Source of the DNA: a virus
Lineage: Duplodnaviria > Heunggongvirae > Uroviricota > Caudoviricetes
Length of the DNA: 64,000 nt
Virus record (IMG/VR): IMGVR_UViG_2568526411_000004
Reading direction: 5' to 3' (one strand)
The position numbers were made by a program, and so were the translations under genes. Shown piece by piece: positions 28,027-38,181 of this stretch (position 1 is the first letter of the stretch; every line of letters begins with the position of its first letter). The notes under the pieces were generated by a model. The model saw only the letters and a list, made by a program, of their open reading frames with translations. It was not told where the DNA came from and searched no databases.

Positions 28027-28389
28027 ATGAAAAGATTTAGCGAGTTTTTAGCTGAGCGTAAAAACAAATCTAAAAGCGAAAGAATTTTAGAGCTTCAAAG
28101 AGTTTTTAAATCAACTCCTGAAGTTAGCGAAGAAGAGAAGGAACGCTTAGTTAAAAGATATTTGTCACAACACGCCAGCATTAAAGAGGCGGTTGAAGTT
28201 ATGACGTCTTTAAAGCTTTCTCAGGAGTATGCGAAGGTTATGGATGAAATTCATAACGATGTGTTGGCTCGCGCGGCTGTAGCAATGGAGTTAAATGCAT
28301 CTCCTGCTTCTGAGCGTTTGGTGCGCGGAGTTGCTCGCAGTGTTATTCGTGATCATCACGAGGAACTCGAACGTCTGGCTTATAAGTAA
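28027..28389 (+). CDS. putative antitoxin partner of the Doc toxin (not Phd-like)
   Basis: 120-aa helical, charged protein. Its stop overlaps the doc start (TAATG). Confidence 0.4.
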   Translation: MKRFSEFLAERKNKSKSERILELQRVFKSTPEVSEEEKERLVKRYLSQHASIKEAVEVMTSLKLSQEYAKVMDEIHNDVLARAAVAMELNASPASERLVRGVARSVIRDHHEELERLAYK

Positions 28390-28808
28390 TGTATGATCCA
28401 GCGCCATTAATTAACGCAACGCTTGTTGAAGCGATTCATAGCGAGATTTTAGACAGCGTAGAAGGAGGCATGAGAGGTCCAACTAATTATGGTCTTCTCG
28501 AAAGTGCTTTAAATAGAGTTCAGCAGTATGTTTATTATGACGGTTTGAATGACATTTATGAGATTGCGGCATGGTATGGGATTTCTATTTCCACTCAACA
28601 TGCATTCTCAGACGGCAATAAGCGAACTGGATTAACCGTAATGTTGACTTACCTTCGTATGCAAGGCGTCTATATCGAGCCTAATCAAGATCTTGATGAC
28701 ATGATGGTTGATATTGTGCAAAGCGCACAATCAACAGAAGATGGAAATCATAAAGAGATTGCTGAGGCTTTAGCTGAGTATCTCTATCAGTATGTTCATC
28801 AGTTATAG
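28389..28808 (+). CDS. doc: Doc/Fic-family toxin
   Basis: Fic/Doc motif HAFSDGNKRTG (HxFxDGNKR). Confidence 0.8.
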   Translation: MYDPAPLINATLVEAIHSEILDSVEGGMRGPTNYGLLESALNRVQQYVYYDGLNDIYEIAAWYGISISTQHAFSDGNKRTGLTVMLTYLRMQGVYIEPNQDLDDMMVDIVQSAQSTEDGNHKEIAEALAEYLYQYVHQL

Positions 28809-28837
28809 AAAAGGCGCATTAAGCGCCTTTTCTTTTA
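28808..28837. terminator. bidirectional terminator (GGCGC-attaa-GCGCC flanked by A- and T-runs)
   Basis: Lies between the convergent doc and nrdB genes. Confidence 0.7.
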
Positions 28838-29827
28838 CCATGCTAACGCACCGCCAGTTTTGTAGTCTGTTACGCGTGTTTCAAAGAAATTCTTTTCGGC
28901 TGTATTAGGCTTAGAGAACTCTTCTACCCACGGAAACGGATTTACCACACCAGGATAAGGCACAAATGGCGCTCGAATTTGAGCGGCGCGTTTATTAGCT
29001 AAATATTTAATATACAGTTCAATCGCTTCTGGATTGGTAACGCCTTGATGAATATATTGACCCCAACTAATTTCCATTTTGGTAGATTCATCAATGATTT
29101 TAGCCGCATCTTCCCAAAATGAAGAAGTAAACACTTCAGGATTTTCAATACGCAATGTTTCAATCATGTTCAAGAACAGATCAAGATGCGTTCCTTCTTC
29201 ATCACGTTGAATATAGCGAATCATATCCGCAGAACCCAACATCTTACCTTTGAAAGCAAGTAGATAAAATCCTAAGAATCCTGAGAAGAAATACTCGCCC
29301 TCAAGCATGACGTTAGAAATGCAAGCAAGGGCAAAACCACGCGCTGAGAACTGATCTCCCAAGATGCGTGATTGACGCAAAATAAACTCGTTTTTCTTCG
29401 CCAAAATACCATCGCGTTCAAATGTCATATAGACACTCATTGGGTCCGCTGAGACCGTTTCGATGAGTTTGGCATAAGACTCTACATGGTTGGCTTCCTC
29501 CCAAGCTTGACGGGACAAACATATGGCAACTTCCGGTGAGGTCACATGTTTTGCAATATTTTGGTTGATATTGTGAAATTGAATGCCGTCAAGGTTCGAT
29601 AAAAACGCAAGGCTCTTGTCATACAATCGACGTTCCGCTTCGGTAAGCTTGTCTCGATAGCAAATGCCTTCATTACTCAAGTCGACCACTTCGGGGAACC
29701 AATTGTTATCCTTCATGCGTTGATGAATGTCTCTGGCCCATGTGTGTTTCATCGGGCTGATCGCCATAAGGTCATCCTTTGGCCCTAAAATTAAGCGTCG
29801 ATCATTAATTCGGTTTGCGTATGTCAT
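28835..29827 (-). CDS. nrdB: ribonucleotide reductase small subunit (class I)
   Basis: 330 aa with the EEANHVESY iron ligands typical of R2. Confidence 0.85.
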   Translation of the reverse strand: MTYANRINDRRLILGPKDDLMAISPMKHTWARDIHQRMKDNNWFPEVVDLSNEGICYRDKLTEAERRLYDKSLAFLSNLDGIQFHNINQNIAKHVTSPEVAICLSRQAWEEANHVESYAKLIETVSADPMSVYMTFERDGILAKKNEFILRQSRILGDQFSARGFALACISNVMLEGEYFFSGFLGFYLLAFKGKMLGSADMIRYIQRDEEGTHLDLFLNMIETLRIENPEVFTSSFWEDAAKIIDESTKMEISWGQYIHQGVTNPEAIELYIKYLANKRAAQIRAPFVPYPGVVNPFPWVEEFSKPNTAEKNFFETRVTDYKTGGALAW

Positions 29828-29873
29828 TTCTTTATTCCATGAAAGAGGGGCGTTAAAAACACCCCTGCATAAT

Positions 29874-29891
29874 AAGTCAGTAGTGACTGAC
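29874..29891. promoter_or_regulatory. palindromic operator variant AGTCAGT-AGTG-ACTGACT
   Basis: Upstream of nrdB. Confidence 0.55.
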
Positions 29892-29906
29892 TATATTAAC
29901 CTAAAA

Positions 29907-32297
29907 TTATTGGCAACTTTCGCAATCAGGCTCGAAAATCGAACACAATTTGGCTTGTTGGTGAGCTTCTGCATCACTCAATGTCGCCCCTTGAGCCACT
30001 GCTGATTTCAATGCTTCAATGACGTCATCTTTTGCCGATGCTGAATCTTTGGTAGCTGATTGGCCACGTAGGTAGTAAGTGGTCTTCAAACCCTTGCGGT
30101 GAGCTTCGGTGTAAATGAGGTCTAAGTCTCTACCAGTTGTTCCTTGCTTAGCGAACAAGTTAGTTGATTGAGACTGACAGATCCATTTTTGTCGAACAGC
30201 TGCGGCTTTAATAATCCATAGCTGATCAACATAGAACGCCTCTTTAAGTAAGTGATAGTTTGTTCCAACATGACGCACCGATGGGTCAATCACTTTGTAC
30301 ACGCCACCTAAGTTCGTTTTATAGAACTGAAGCAGGAATGGCACTTCTGTGCATTGGGTTGTACCGGCAATGTTTGAGATCGTTGCCGTTGGTGCAATTG
30401 CCATGATGTTTGAGTTGCGCATGCCTTTCTTGACTTTCTCGCGCAAGGCTTCCCAATCGAAACGACGTGGGCGATCAAAGAAAGGCTTGCCATCTTCCAT
30501 CTTCTTAGCAGTGTCAATTGGCAAGATGCCTTGTGACCACTTAGAACCTTCAAATGAAGGATATGACCCAAGCTCTTGCGCTAGATCTGCTGAGGCTTCA
30601 ATTGCAAAGTAAGAAATTGCCTCAAACAATGCGTCTGCTTGTTCAAGATGTTGATCACTTTCAAAATCTACACCTTGTTTTACTAGCCACTCGTAATAAC
30701 CCATTACACCTAAACCAATTGGGCGGTGACGAAGGTTAGAGAGTTTGGCGCGTTCTGATGGGTAGTAGTTTACGTCAATCACCGAGTCGAGATTTCGGAT
30801 GGCCAAACGAACTGCTGTACGCAATTTTTCTAATGGATTATCGCCCGACATTACAACGGCTAGGTTGATTGAGCCAAGATTACAAACAGCTGTTTCTTCT
30901 TTAGATGTATTTAGCGTGATTTCGGTACACAAGTTACTGTGGTGAATTACCCCCACATGCGACTGAGGGTTACGGCGGTTACTCTCGTCTTTGAATGTAA
31001 TCCACGGGTGGCCCGTTTCAAACAAGTTAGAAAGAATATGACGCCACACTTTAATTGCAGGCAATTGGAACTCAAATTCACCAAGCGCTTCAAGCTCTTC
31101 ATAACGGGCTTCAAATTCTTCGCCATACAACTCATGAAGCTCAGGGAATTTATGCGGAGAGAAGAACGACCACATTGCTTCCGGGTCTTCTTTGCGTTTC
31201 ATTAACAAATCAGGAACCCAAGCGGCAGGGAATACATCATGCGCACGAAGTCGGTCATCACCAGCTTCCTTCTTGAGTTCACAGAAGGACATGAAATCAG
31301 GATGCCAAGATTCAAGATAAGGCGCCACAGAACCTTTACGTTTACCGCCTTGATTTACCGCGACAGCTGTATTGTTTTGAACTTTGATGTAAGGCACAAC
31401 ACCGCTAGAGATACCATTTGTACCAATGATGATTTCATTTTCACCACGCACAGGTGTCCAATCTGTGCCGATACCACCAGCAAACTTAGACAATAAAGCT
31501 GTTTCTTCAATGGCTCCAAAGATTGAAGCATAACGACTGTCACCAAGTTCGGCTGTGATCGTGTCTGATACTTGGTTTAAGTAACAGCTAGACAACTGAG
31601 GGCGTAATGTACCGGCATTGAAAAGCGTTGGTGTTGAAGAGATATAGTTCAAAGTTGAATACATTTCATAGTATTCAAGAGCGCGCGCCGTGCGGTTTTC
31701 AGGCTTTTCTTTAATTGCGACACCCATTGCTACACGCATCCAGAAATGTTGCGGCAATTCGATAATTTCACCTGAAGTTTTACCAGTCGCTTTTTCGTAC
31801 TTAACATCGCGATTTTTGCGAATAAAGTAACGGTCTTTTAGAGTATCTAGTCCTAAATAACCAAACAGCAAATCACGCTCTGGCTTGATTGCGGCATTAA
31901 TTCTATCTAGGTCGTAGCTTTGCAATAAAGCAGGGTCGAGAAGGTTGCAAGAAACACCCCCCTGAATGTAATCCTTAATGTGAGGATATTTAAAACCACC
32001 ACCATCGACCTTTCCTTGCTCGCCGCATACAAGTTTGTATAAATCTAAGAGCAATAAGCGAGCCGCTACAAATGAAGCATCTGTCATGGTTGCAGAAGTT
32101 AGTTTAGATGCTGCGCTAATTAAAGCTTCTTGAATGTCGCTTGTTTTAATACCGTCATAGATAAGCATAATTGCATTATCAATAACTAATTGAGGTGGCA
32201 CGTTTGTGTTTTTTGTGGCCCAAATTACCGCTTTCTCAATTTTTTCTTGAGAAAAAGGCTCCGTAGAGCCGTTGCGTTTGGTTACACGGTTGGTCAT
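29907..32297 (-). CDS. nrdA: ribonucleotide reductase large subunit (class Ia)
   Basis: 796 aa with an ATP-cone-like N-terminus, the NLCTEI active-site motif and a C-terminal CESCQ cysteine pair. Confidence 0.9.
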   Translation of the reverse strand: MTNRVTKRNGSTEPFSQEKIEKAVIWATKNTNVPPQLVIDNAIMLIYDGIKTSDIQEALISAASKLTSATMTDASFVAARLLLLDLYKLVCGEQGKVDGGGFKYPHIKDYIQGGVSCNLLDPALLQSYDLDRINAAIKPERDLLFGYLGLDTLKDRYFIRKNRDVKYEKATGKTSGEIIELPQHFWMRVAMGVAIKEKPENRTARALEYYEMYSTLNYISSTPTLFNAGTLRPQLSSCYLNQVSDTITAELGDSRYASIFGAIEETALLSKFAGGIGTDWTPVRGENEIIIGTNGISSGVVPYIKVQNNTAVAVNQGGKRKGSVAPYLESWHPDFMSFCELKKEAGDDRLRAHDVFPAAWVPDLLMKRKEDPEAMWSFFSPHKFPELHELYGEEFEARYEELEALGEFEFQLPAIKVWRHILSNLFETGHPWITFKDESNRRNPQSHVGVIHHSNLCTEITLNTSKEETAVCNLGSINLAVVMSGDNPLEKLRTAVRLAIRNLDSVIDVNYYPSERAKLSNLRHRPIGLGVMGYYEWLVKQGVDFESDQHLEQADALFEAISYFAIEASADLAQELGSYPSFEGSKWSQGILPIDTAKKMEDGKPFFDRPRRFDWEALREKVKKGMRNSNIMAIAPTATISNIAGTTQCTEVPFLLQFYKTNLGGVYKVIDPSVRHVGTNYHLLKEAFYVDQLWIIKAAAVRQKWICQSQSTNLFAKQGTTGRDLDLIYTEAHRKGLKTTYYLRGQSATKDSASAKDDVIEALKSAVAQGATLSDAEAHQQAKLCSIFEPDCESCQ

Positions 32298-32342
32298 TTT
32301 GTTTCCTTGTTGCGTTACGTTGTGTGGCTTTCGCCACGAGAA

Positions 32343-32663
32343 TTACCAAACAAATGCTTTTGTTCGGGGTTTATCTGAAGCAAGCGGAGCAGCCTTTTCA
32401 GGTTCGATTTCGTCGACGCCGATCACCACTGCTGCTTTTCCGTCTTTGACAATGTTTGAGAACAGTGATTTCGCCCAAGCATTCGCCATAGGGTCTATAG
32501 AGTCCCATTCATCCATGTAAATCGCCTTTGATGACGGCTTGGCGGGTGTAGAGGTCACCCATACGTCTTTACCTTGTCTTGCTAAGTCCTTTGTGAGCTG
32601 ATCTATAAGCTTTTGATTGAAGGCAAACCTTCCCATGCTGCGAGGTCTGTGAAGAATCACCAT
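32343..32663 (-). CDS. hypothetical protein
   Basis: 106 aa. Confidence 0.4.
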   Translation of the reverse strand: MVILHRPRSMGRFAFNQKLIDQLTKDLARQGKDVWVTSTPAKPSSKAIYMDEWDSIDPMANAWAKSLFSNIVKDGKAAVVIGVDEIEPEKAAPLASDKPRTKAFVW

Positions 32664-33262
32664 GCCACCCCACCAGTTCGAGGGGTATCTTTTGTGATGC
32701 CCACTGATTCATCTGAGGCTTCTTCAAGCTCTTTTTCTAGCTCTTCAGGTGTTTTCTTTGGCGTTATGGGTGGAACGATAATTGAGTCACGTTCAAAATA
32801 GCCATCCCATGATTCAGCTTTTTTATTCCGCAACGAGTCATAATCAACTCGACTTACCAACGAAGAAATTGCACTTGCGCTTGCTTTGACTGAAAGGTCT
32901 GCCGCACTTACTCTCGATGTGAGATTTGATAAGCTGTTTGTTAGCTCGTTTGCGCCTAATGGAGCAGGGCAGATAACTGGTCGAAAAATCGTTTGCGAAT
33001 CACATCTTATCGTTACTCTTAGCTCATCCTCCCAGCTCTTGCGAGTGCGAACAACTTCGCTTTGAACCTTAAAGCAATGACAATTCAGGCATTGAGAGGA
33101 AATGAAGCCTTCGTTTACCGCTATTTTCATAGCCTTACTTTTGGAGTAACTAAGTGCGGCTTCAATATCTCTTTCGAGGGGGTCTAACCGAACGGTAACA
33201 CGAGCGGGATTTCCTTCTGCAAAGAGTTTTAGTTTGTCATTGCTCATCTGTTGGTGATCCAA
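32657..33262 (-). CDS. hypothetical protein
   Basis: 201 aa. Confidence 0.45.
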   Translation of the reverse strand: MDHQQMSNDKLKLFAEGNPARVTVRLDPLERDIEAALSYSKSKAMKIAVNEGFISSQCLNCHCFKVQSEVVRTRKSWEDELRVTIRCDSQTIFRPVICPAPLGANELTNSLSNLTSRVSAADLSVKASASAISSLVSRVDYDSLRNKKAESWDGYFERDSIIVPPITPKKTPEELEKELEEASDESVGITKDTPRTGGVAW

Positions 33263-33312
33263 AAACCTAATAAATAAAATATTAAGGCGACAAATCGCCG
33301 CCTTAATAGTAT

Positions 33313-33326
33313 AGTCAGTACTGACT
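33313..33326. promoter_or_regulatory. palindromic operator AGTCAGTACTGACT followed by TATACT
   Basis: Perfect palindrome. Confidence 0.65.
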
Positions 33327-33344
33327 GATCTAGTGCCTAATTTT

Positions 33345-33938
33345 TTAATTTAGTTGGGCATTTTTTAACTGCTTGAGCATCTGAATTGCAGATTTAAACT
33401 CGTCGGTGTCCAAACCTGCCTTAATCGCGAAAGTAGCATCTGCCAAATGTTCGTTACTACTTAATGGCTCTAGTACGCCTTTGATTTTTCGCATTGGCCA
33501 TTTAGCTTCAGGATGAGCATTCATTGCAGCTTCGATCATTTCGCCCTTTGTTGCGGTTTTAATGCCGGTTCCAGCTAATTTTACTTCGGTCGGTGTGACT
33601 TGAATTAAAGGAAGCGGACAACTAGACAAAACCCCAATGCAAATACCGTAAGAAACCATTGCTCGCGCTGACTGAGAGCCAACAGGAACTTCGCAAATAG
33701 CAAATGAAGCACCCTTACAAGCTTCTTTTAAACCATCATGAAGCGATTTTGCCCGGCGTAAGTCATCACTGTTTTTGCGAACAACTTTTTTAGTTGCCTT
33801 GTTCTCTTCAGATTTAATTAAGTTCATGCTCACAACAGAGAATGAAAGATCTGGATCATCCAAATTCACATCGGCAACTACGATTCCGAAATTCTTTAAT
33901 GATGGGTCAATCCCGATTACGCGTACTGTATTACTCAT
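33345..33938 (-). CDS. RuvC-like Holliday junction resolvase
   Basis: N-terminal VIGIDPSLKNFGIVV matches the RuvC catalytic-Asp motif. Confidence 0.6.
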   Translation of the reverse strand: MSNTVRVIGIDPSLKNFGIVVADVNLDDPDLSFSVVSMNLIKSEENKATKKVVRKNSDDLRRAKSLHDGLKEACKGASFAICEVPVGSQSARAMVSYGICIGVLSSCPLPLIQVTPTEVKLAGTGIKTATKGEMIEAAMNAHPEAKWPMRKIKGVLEPLSSNEHLADATFAIKAGLDTDEFKSAIQMLKQLKNAQLN

Positions 33939-33941
33939 TTT

Positions 33942-34574
33942 TTACCACACTGCCACATTGTTTTTTAAACTTTGAATCTTTTGCTCGCGCACACAGCGGA
34001 GCTTCTTGATTTCCGCTTTTGCCTCTTGGATTGATTTGATCGCTGGTCTAAATGACAAGCTGTCGAAAACTTCCGTCAGCGTTTCATGCAATCCGTTAAA
34101 AAGCTGACGGCCACGATTTATATCAACCATGATTTCTGCAAAATCGGCAGCAAAAGCGGGTCTGAAGCGGAGGTGAATTAAATCAAGGATGTCCTCTTGA
34201 ACTTTCCAAAAGTCCATTTGCTCAATGAGGCTTTCATTTATGCCAGCCTTAAACAAAAGGAATGATTCTCCACCCAAAAACTCTCGCTGCGTCCAAGAGT
34301 CCGTACCGCTTTTATAGATTTTTCGAACCTGAATATTCCCACCCTGAGCCAACATAAACTCGTTAGCAAATGACAGAGGGGAAAATTCAGAGTCGTTAGC
34401 ATTCATATCAAGTTCAGCATTCATTTGATGCACAACGCCAGAAAGGATTTCCTTCACTTTTGAAGCGAGTTTTGCATCCTCATTTGCGCACAAATTCAAA
34501 TGCTGCTGAATTAAACTGTCCTCCTTTTCTAGCTGAGCGAGGACTTCATCCTCAATAGCTTCATAGATGTTCAC
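33942..34574 (-). CDS. hypothetical protein
   Basis: 210 aa. Confidence 0.45.
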   Translation of the reverse strand: MNIYEAIEDEVLAQLEKEDSLIQQHLNLCANEDAKLASKVKEILSGVVHQMNAELDMNANDSEFSPLSFANEFMLAQGGNIQVRKIYKSGTDSWTQREFLGGESFLLFKAGINESLIEQMDFWKVQEDILDLIHLRFRPAFAADFAEIMVDINRGRQLFNGLHETLTEVFDSLSFRPAIKSIQEAKAEIKKLRCVREQKIQSLKNNVAVW

Positions 34575-34674
34575 AAATGCTCTCCTTGCAATTAATGTGT
34601 GAATTTGTATGCCCTTAACGAAAAACGCGCTAATACGCGCAATCTGTGCGTATTAGCGGTATGTTTAGACGGGA

Positions 34675-36627
34675 TTAAACGAGATTTGCACCGCTCACAG
34701 TTGAGTAACCATTTTCCTTAGTGACTACCACAACATCGTCAATCCAATCTCGCAGCTCTGAATGCGACACAACGATCACGGTGCCTCGTTCTCGTGCTTT
34801 TCGCTCAAGCACACCCATAAGACGTTCAAGACCTGATTTATCCAATGCATCATCAATTTCGTCACCGATGAACAAACTAATCGGCTTGGTTGCGCGACTA
34901 GCAACCAGATCTTGCAGTGCTAAAGCGGTAGCTAAACGAACCTTACGTTTTTCACCGCCGCTCAAACCTTTAAATGACTCTCCGCCCGTATTGTCACGGA
35001 CATCGATTGTGAATTTTTCTTTAAGCTCTTTTTTGCTGTTAAGCGTCAAGGTCGACCAAACCGCATGAGTGTTGCCGTCAGTAAGTGCGCCGAGATAGTC
35101 TTCGGTTCGCTCATTCAAGAACGGCGTAACTGTATCGAGAATATGAGCGCGCACACCTGATGGGCCATAAATCAAAACCGCATGTTCATGTAATTCAACT
35201 AACGCTTGCAATTCCTGCACTTCCTGATCAATTGCAGAGTTCTTTGCGATGTAATCCGCAATTTTTGCTTGTTGGTCAGCTTCCATTGCTGAGAATGGAT
35301 TCGCCTCATTCATTACATCTTTTGCGCGCTTTTTGATTCTTTCAATGTCCTTGAGATTGCGGTCAATCTCAGAGCTTGACGAAGTAAATGCAGCAATTGC
35401 GCCTTCAACAGCAGCCTTGTCAGCATAGAGCTTGCGAACGTCCAGCGAATTGTTTTGAAGGAAGTCATTGAGGTTCTTCTCAGCCGCTTCAAATTCAGCT
35501 TTCACCTGTTCCATTTCGGCTTTGGCTTTCAGCGCATCTTGTTTTGCAACTTGGGCTTGATTCATTTGAACCGACCGCGCTTGCTGTAAATCACTAGCGC
35601 AAAATTCTTTACCGCACTGTGTGCAAGGCGTACCAACTAAACCGTCAATGCCTCGAATTTTGGTCGCTAAATTATTTAAATTAGTTTTAAGAGAAGAATA
35701 ATTATTATTAGTGATGCGGTACTTGATACCCAAGTCATCACGGATCTGAGTTAATTTCTTTGCCTCATTAACTAAATCTTCCGCTTTACTAATCGCGGTT
35801 TCAATACTTTGTTTCTCGGCATTGAGAGCGTTAATGTCGGTATTGCCCATTTGGACTTTGATGTCTTCAATAGCCTTCTTCAGCGGTAACGCTTCGCTCA
35901 ACACAGCTCTAGCGCGTGACTCTTTTGTGTCGTCAAACTGCTTTAATTTCGCTTGTGTCTCAGCCAGTTGACTCTGCATGGTCGCAAGTACCGTCGCAAA
36001 ATTATCGCGTATTGTGAGCTTATTTGAGAGCTTCGCTTTAACTTCGGCTAACTTACGTTTTGCAATGGTGTGCGCTTGCTCTAAAACCTGAATGCCAGCC
36101 GCCTCTTCAATTAAGACTTTCAGGTTTTTATCCGTAAGGGCGGGGAGGTTTGGCATCATTTCCTGACCCGCATATACGGATGACATAAAGACATCTAGCG
36201 TAGAACCAACAATATCAACTACAAGCTCCTGAGTTTCTTTATCAGTGCCTTTCGTGATGTTGCCATTAGGTAACTCATTGCCGTAAATATCGGTTTTTAA
36301 GACAATCAGCGCGTTTTTGTGTGTCGCATGTTTGCGGTGACGAGCGATTTTGTAACACTGTCCATTGTCATGAATCGTGAGTTCGACCGCACAATCCTTT
36401 TTGGCCGTCTTATTAATGACTAAATCTCCTGTAACGTCTCTTGCGGTAGTTCCGTAGAGGCACCAACATAAAGCGTCAACAATGGATGACTTACCTGAAC
36501 CATTTGAGTCTGCGGATGAGTTGTCTTTGTTTTCACCTTGCACCAACAATAATCCACGATTAGCTAAATCAAGACGGGCTTCGCCAATCGTTAAGAAGTT
36601 ATTAATCTTGAGTGTTAAAAATTCCAT
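34675..36627 (-). CDS. SbcC/Rad50-like ATPase (gp46-like)
   Basis: Walker A NGSGKSS, a long coiled-coil with a CxxC hook (CTQCGKEFC), the LSGGEKRK signature, and LFIGDEIDDALD Walker B / D-loop. Confidence 0.85.
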   Translation of the reverse strand: MEFLTLKINNFLTIGEARLDLANRGLLLVQGENKDNSSADSNGSGKSSIVDALCWCLYGTTARDVTGDLVINKTAKKDCAVELTIHDNGQCYKIARHRKHATHKNALIVLKTDIYGNELPNGNITKGTDKETQELVVDIVGSTLDVFMSSVYAGQEMMPNLPALTDKNLKVLIEEAAGIQVLEQAHTIAKRKLAEVKAKLSNKLTIRDNFATVLATMQSQLAETQAKLKQFDDTKESRARAVLSEALPLKKAIEDIKVQMGNTDINALNAEKQSIETAISKAEDLVNEAKKLTQIRDDLGIKYRITNNNYSSLKTNLNNLATKIRGIDGLVGTPCTQCGKEFCASDLQQARSVQMNQAQVAKQDALKAKAEMEQVKAEFEAAEKNLNDFLQNNSLDVRKLYADKAAVEGAIAAFTSSSSEIDRNLKDIERIKKRAKDVMNEANPFSAMEADQQAKIADYIAKNSAIDQEVQELQALVELHEHAVLIYGPSGVRAHILDTVTPFLNERTEDYLGALTDGNTHAVWSTLTLNSKKELKEKFTIDVRDNTGGESFKGLSGGEKRKVRLATALALQDLVASRATKPISLFIGDEIDDALDKSGLERLMGVLERKARERGTVIVVSHSELRDWIDDVVVVTKENGYSTVSGANLV

Positions 36628-37736
36628 TACTCAGCAACCTCCATGCGCGCTTCTGTCAAAATTGATTGGCACAGCGCATCAAGTTGAGGGCTGTTTAACG
36701 GCGAGTTAGTAATAAATTGAGTTACGGACGACTCAATTGACGCGCCAGCTTTTACCGCTGCGTTTGCACGTTGAACGTCTGCAACTGGTTTGGACGCAAT
36801 GATCGTCACACCTTGAGCGCCAATATCTGTAAGGTATTTGCGGAACTGCTCAATTTCGATTTGTTTAACGATCTTGATTTTTGCGCGGACATAGTTACCA
36901 GGCACAACAGCTTGAATGTCTAATTCATCCATTGAGCCATCAATTTCAACAAAGGCAGGTAAATGGGATTTGTACCAACGCACATCGGTGTTATTTACAA
37001 CTAAGAATCCTGCTTTATGGCCAACGTCAGACCATGTGTAGTGAGCCAATGCACCTACCGAATAAACAGTTTCGCTAAGTTGTTTGTGATGATGGTAGTG
37101 ACCGCTAAATACGAGCTTAAATCCATATTGCTCAAGATCACTTGCGGTAAGTCCATGCTCAGGTAATCCCGCAATAACGCCGTCTACAGGCGCATGAATC
37201 ATTAACGTCCAATCACTTATGCTTTCCATAGAGCGCAAAGGCGGAGGGGATGGCATTGATTCGATGTGCTTTTTAGCCTTTTCTATCTCGTCTTTAAGCC
37301 CTTTTACGCTTTCAATCCACGGTATCATCACAACACGATCATCATTGAAGAAAGTAGGCTTATTAACGATTTGACAACCGATACCTTCTAATGCTGTTAC
37401 TGCAGAGCCGGTGCGTGTGACATGACGATCTTCAAGATCATGGTTGCCAGCTAATATACGAATGATAAAACCTTCTTCAATCAATTGGCGGTAAACATCA
37501 AGCGTAGGGTTTAGTACTGAGGGCGCAATCTGCCCGCGCACATGAAATAAATCACCTGTGTGATAAATAGTGTTGCCGCCTGCGCTTTTAACTTCTGCTG
37601 CAAGACGGCGAACTTCGTTTAAACACCCTTCTAAACGGTTATTGATACCGTTAGCAGTAGTGTGTGAAAACGCACTCCAATTATGGTGATGCGAATCTGA
37701 CTGAATGCCATAAGGTTTCATAGATATAGTTTCCAC
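36627..37736 (-). CDS. SbcD/Mre11-like nuclease (gp47-like)
   Basis: Phosphoesterase motifs GDLFH, GNHD and GHYHHH. Confidence 0.85.
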   Translation of the reverse strand: METISMKPYGIQSDSHHHNWSAFSHTTANGINNRLEGCLNEVRRLAAEVKSAGGNTIYHTGDLFHVRGQIAPSVLNPTLDVYRQLIEEGFIIRILAGNHDLEDRHVTRTGSAVTALEGIGCQIVNKPTFFNDDRVVMIPWIESVKGLKDEIEKAKKHIESMPSPPPLRSMESISDWTLMIHAPVDGVIAGLPEHGLTASDLEQYGFKLVFSGHYHHHKQLSETVYSVGALAHYTWSDVGHKAGFLVVNNTDVRWYKSHLPAFVEIDGSMDELDIQAVVPGNYVRAKIKIVKQIEIEQFRKYLTDIGAQGVTIIASKPVADVQRANAAVKAGASIESSVTQFITNSPLNSPQLDALCQSILTEARMEVAE

Positions 37737-37766
37737 AAAATTGTGTGATAATTATAGACATAAATA

Positions 37767-37780
37767 AGTCAGTACTGACT
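37767..37780. promoter_or_regulatory. palindromic operator AGTCAGTACTGACT
   Basis: Upstream of sbcD. Confidence 0.65.
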
Positions 37781-37782
37781 GA

Positions 37783-38181
37783 TTATTTTGCCATATAAAA
37801 ATGATGGTTGCCTATTTGACCAACATATTTGAGTTGTTTTTCCCAGCCTCGCTTACGATGTGAGAAAAAATGAGTAACACCGCTGTACCGTACTGGAACT
37901 GAAAATCGACCATTTAAGGCTTGTTCTGCAATTCGTTTTGAATCTTCCCAAGCTTCTTTTTCTTTTGGCTTTCCGCTGCTGTTGAGCGTTCTACCGCTTA
38001 CCTTACTTGCAGTCCATGAGAATTGATGTTTTCTAAGGACTTCCTGACAAATTTTACTATTGTCGCCTTCAGCGCGGTTAAGGGTGGTAATTGCAACTAA
38101 CTCTTTGCCTAGCTTTGGTTCACCTCGTGCTTCGTGGTAAATGTTCAAAGCTAGGCATGTCAGCGCGGATGTCAAAATCAT
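37783..38181 (-). CDS. SleB/CwlJ-family cell wall hydrolase
   Basis: The NIYHEARGE motif. The start is set at the ATG that overlaps the upstream stop (TAATG); the N-terminus is signal-like (MILTSALTCLA). Confidence 0.6.
   Translation of the reverse strand: MILTSALTCLALNIYHEARGEPKLGKELVAITTLNRAEGDNSKICQEVLRKHQFSWTASKVSGRTLNSSGKPKEKEAWEDSKRIAEQALNGRFSVPVRYSGVTHFFSHRKRGWEKQLKYVGQIGNHHFYMAK

Noticed and set aside
34721-35068. Plus-strand ORFs inside sbcC, dnaE (47176-48230), nrdA (30308-31546) and others
   Set aside because: Antisense or shadow ORFs within long, well-supported genes.
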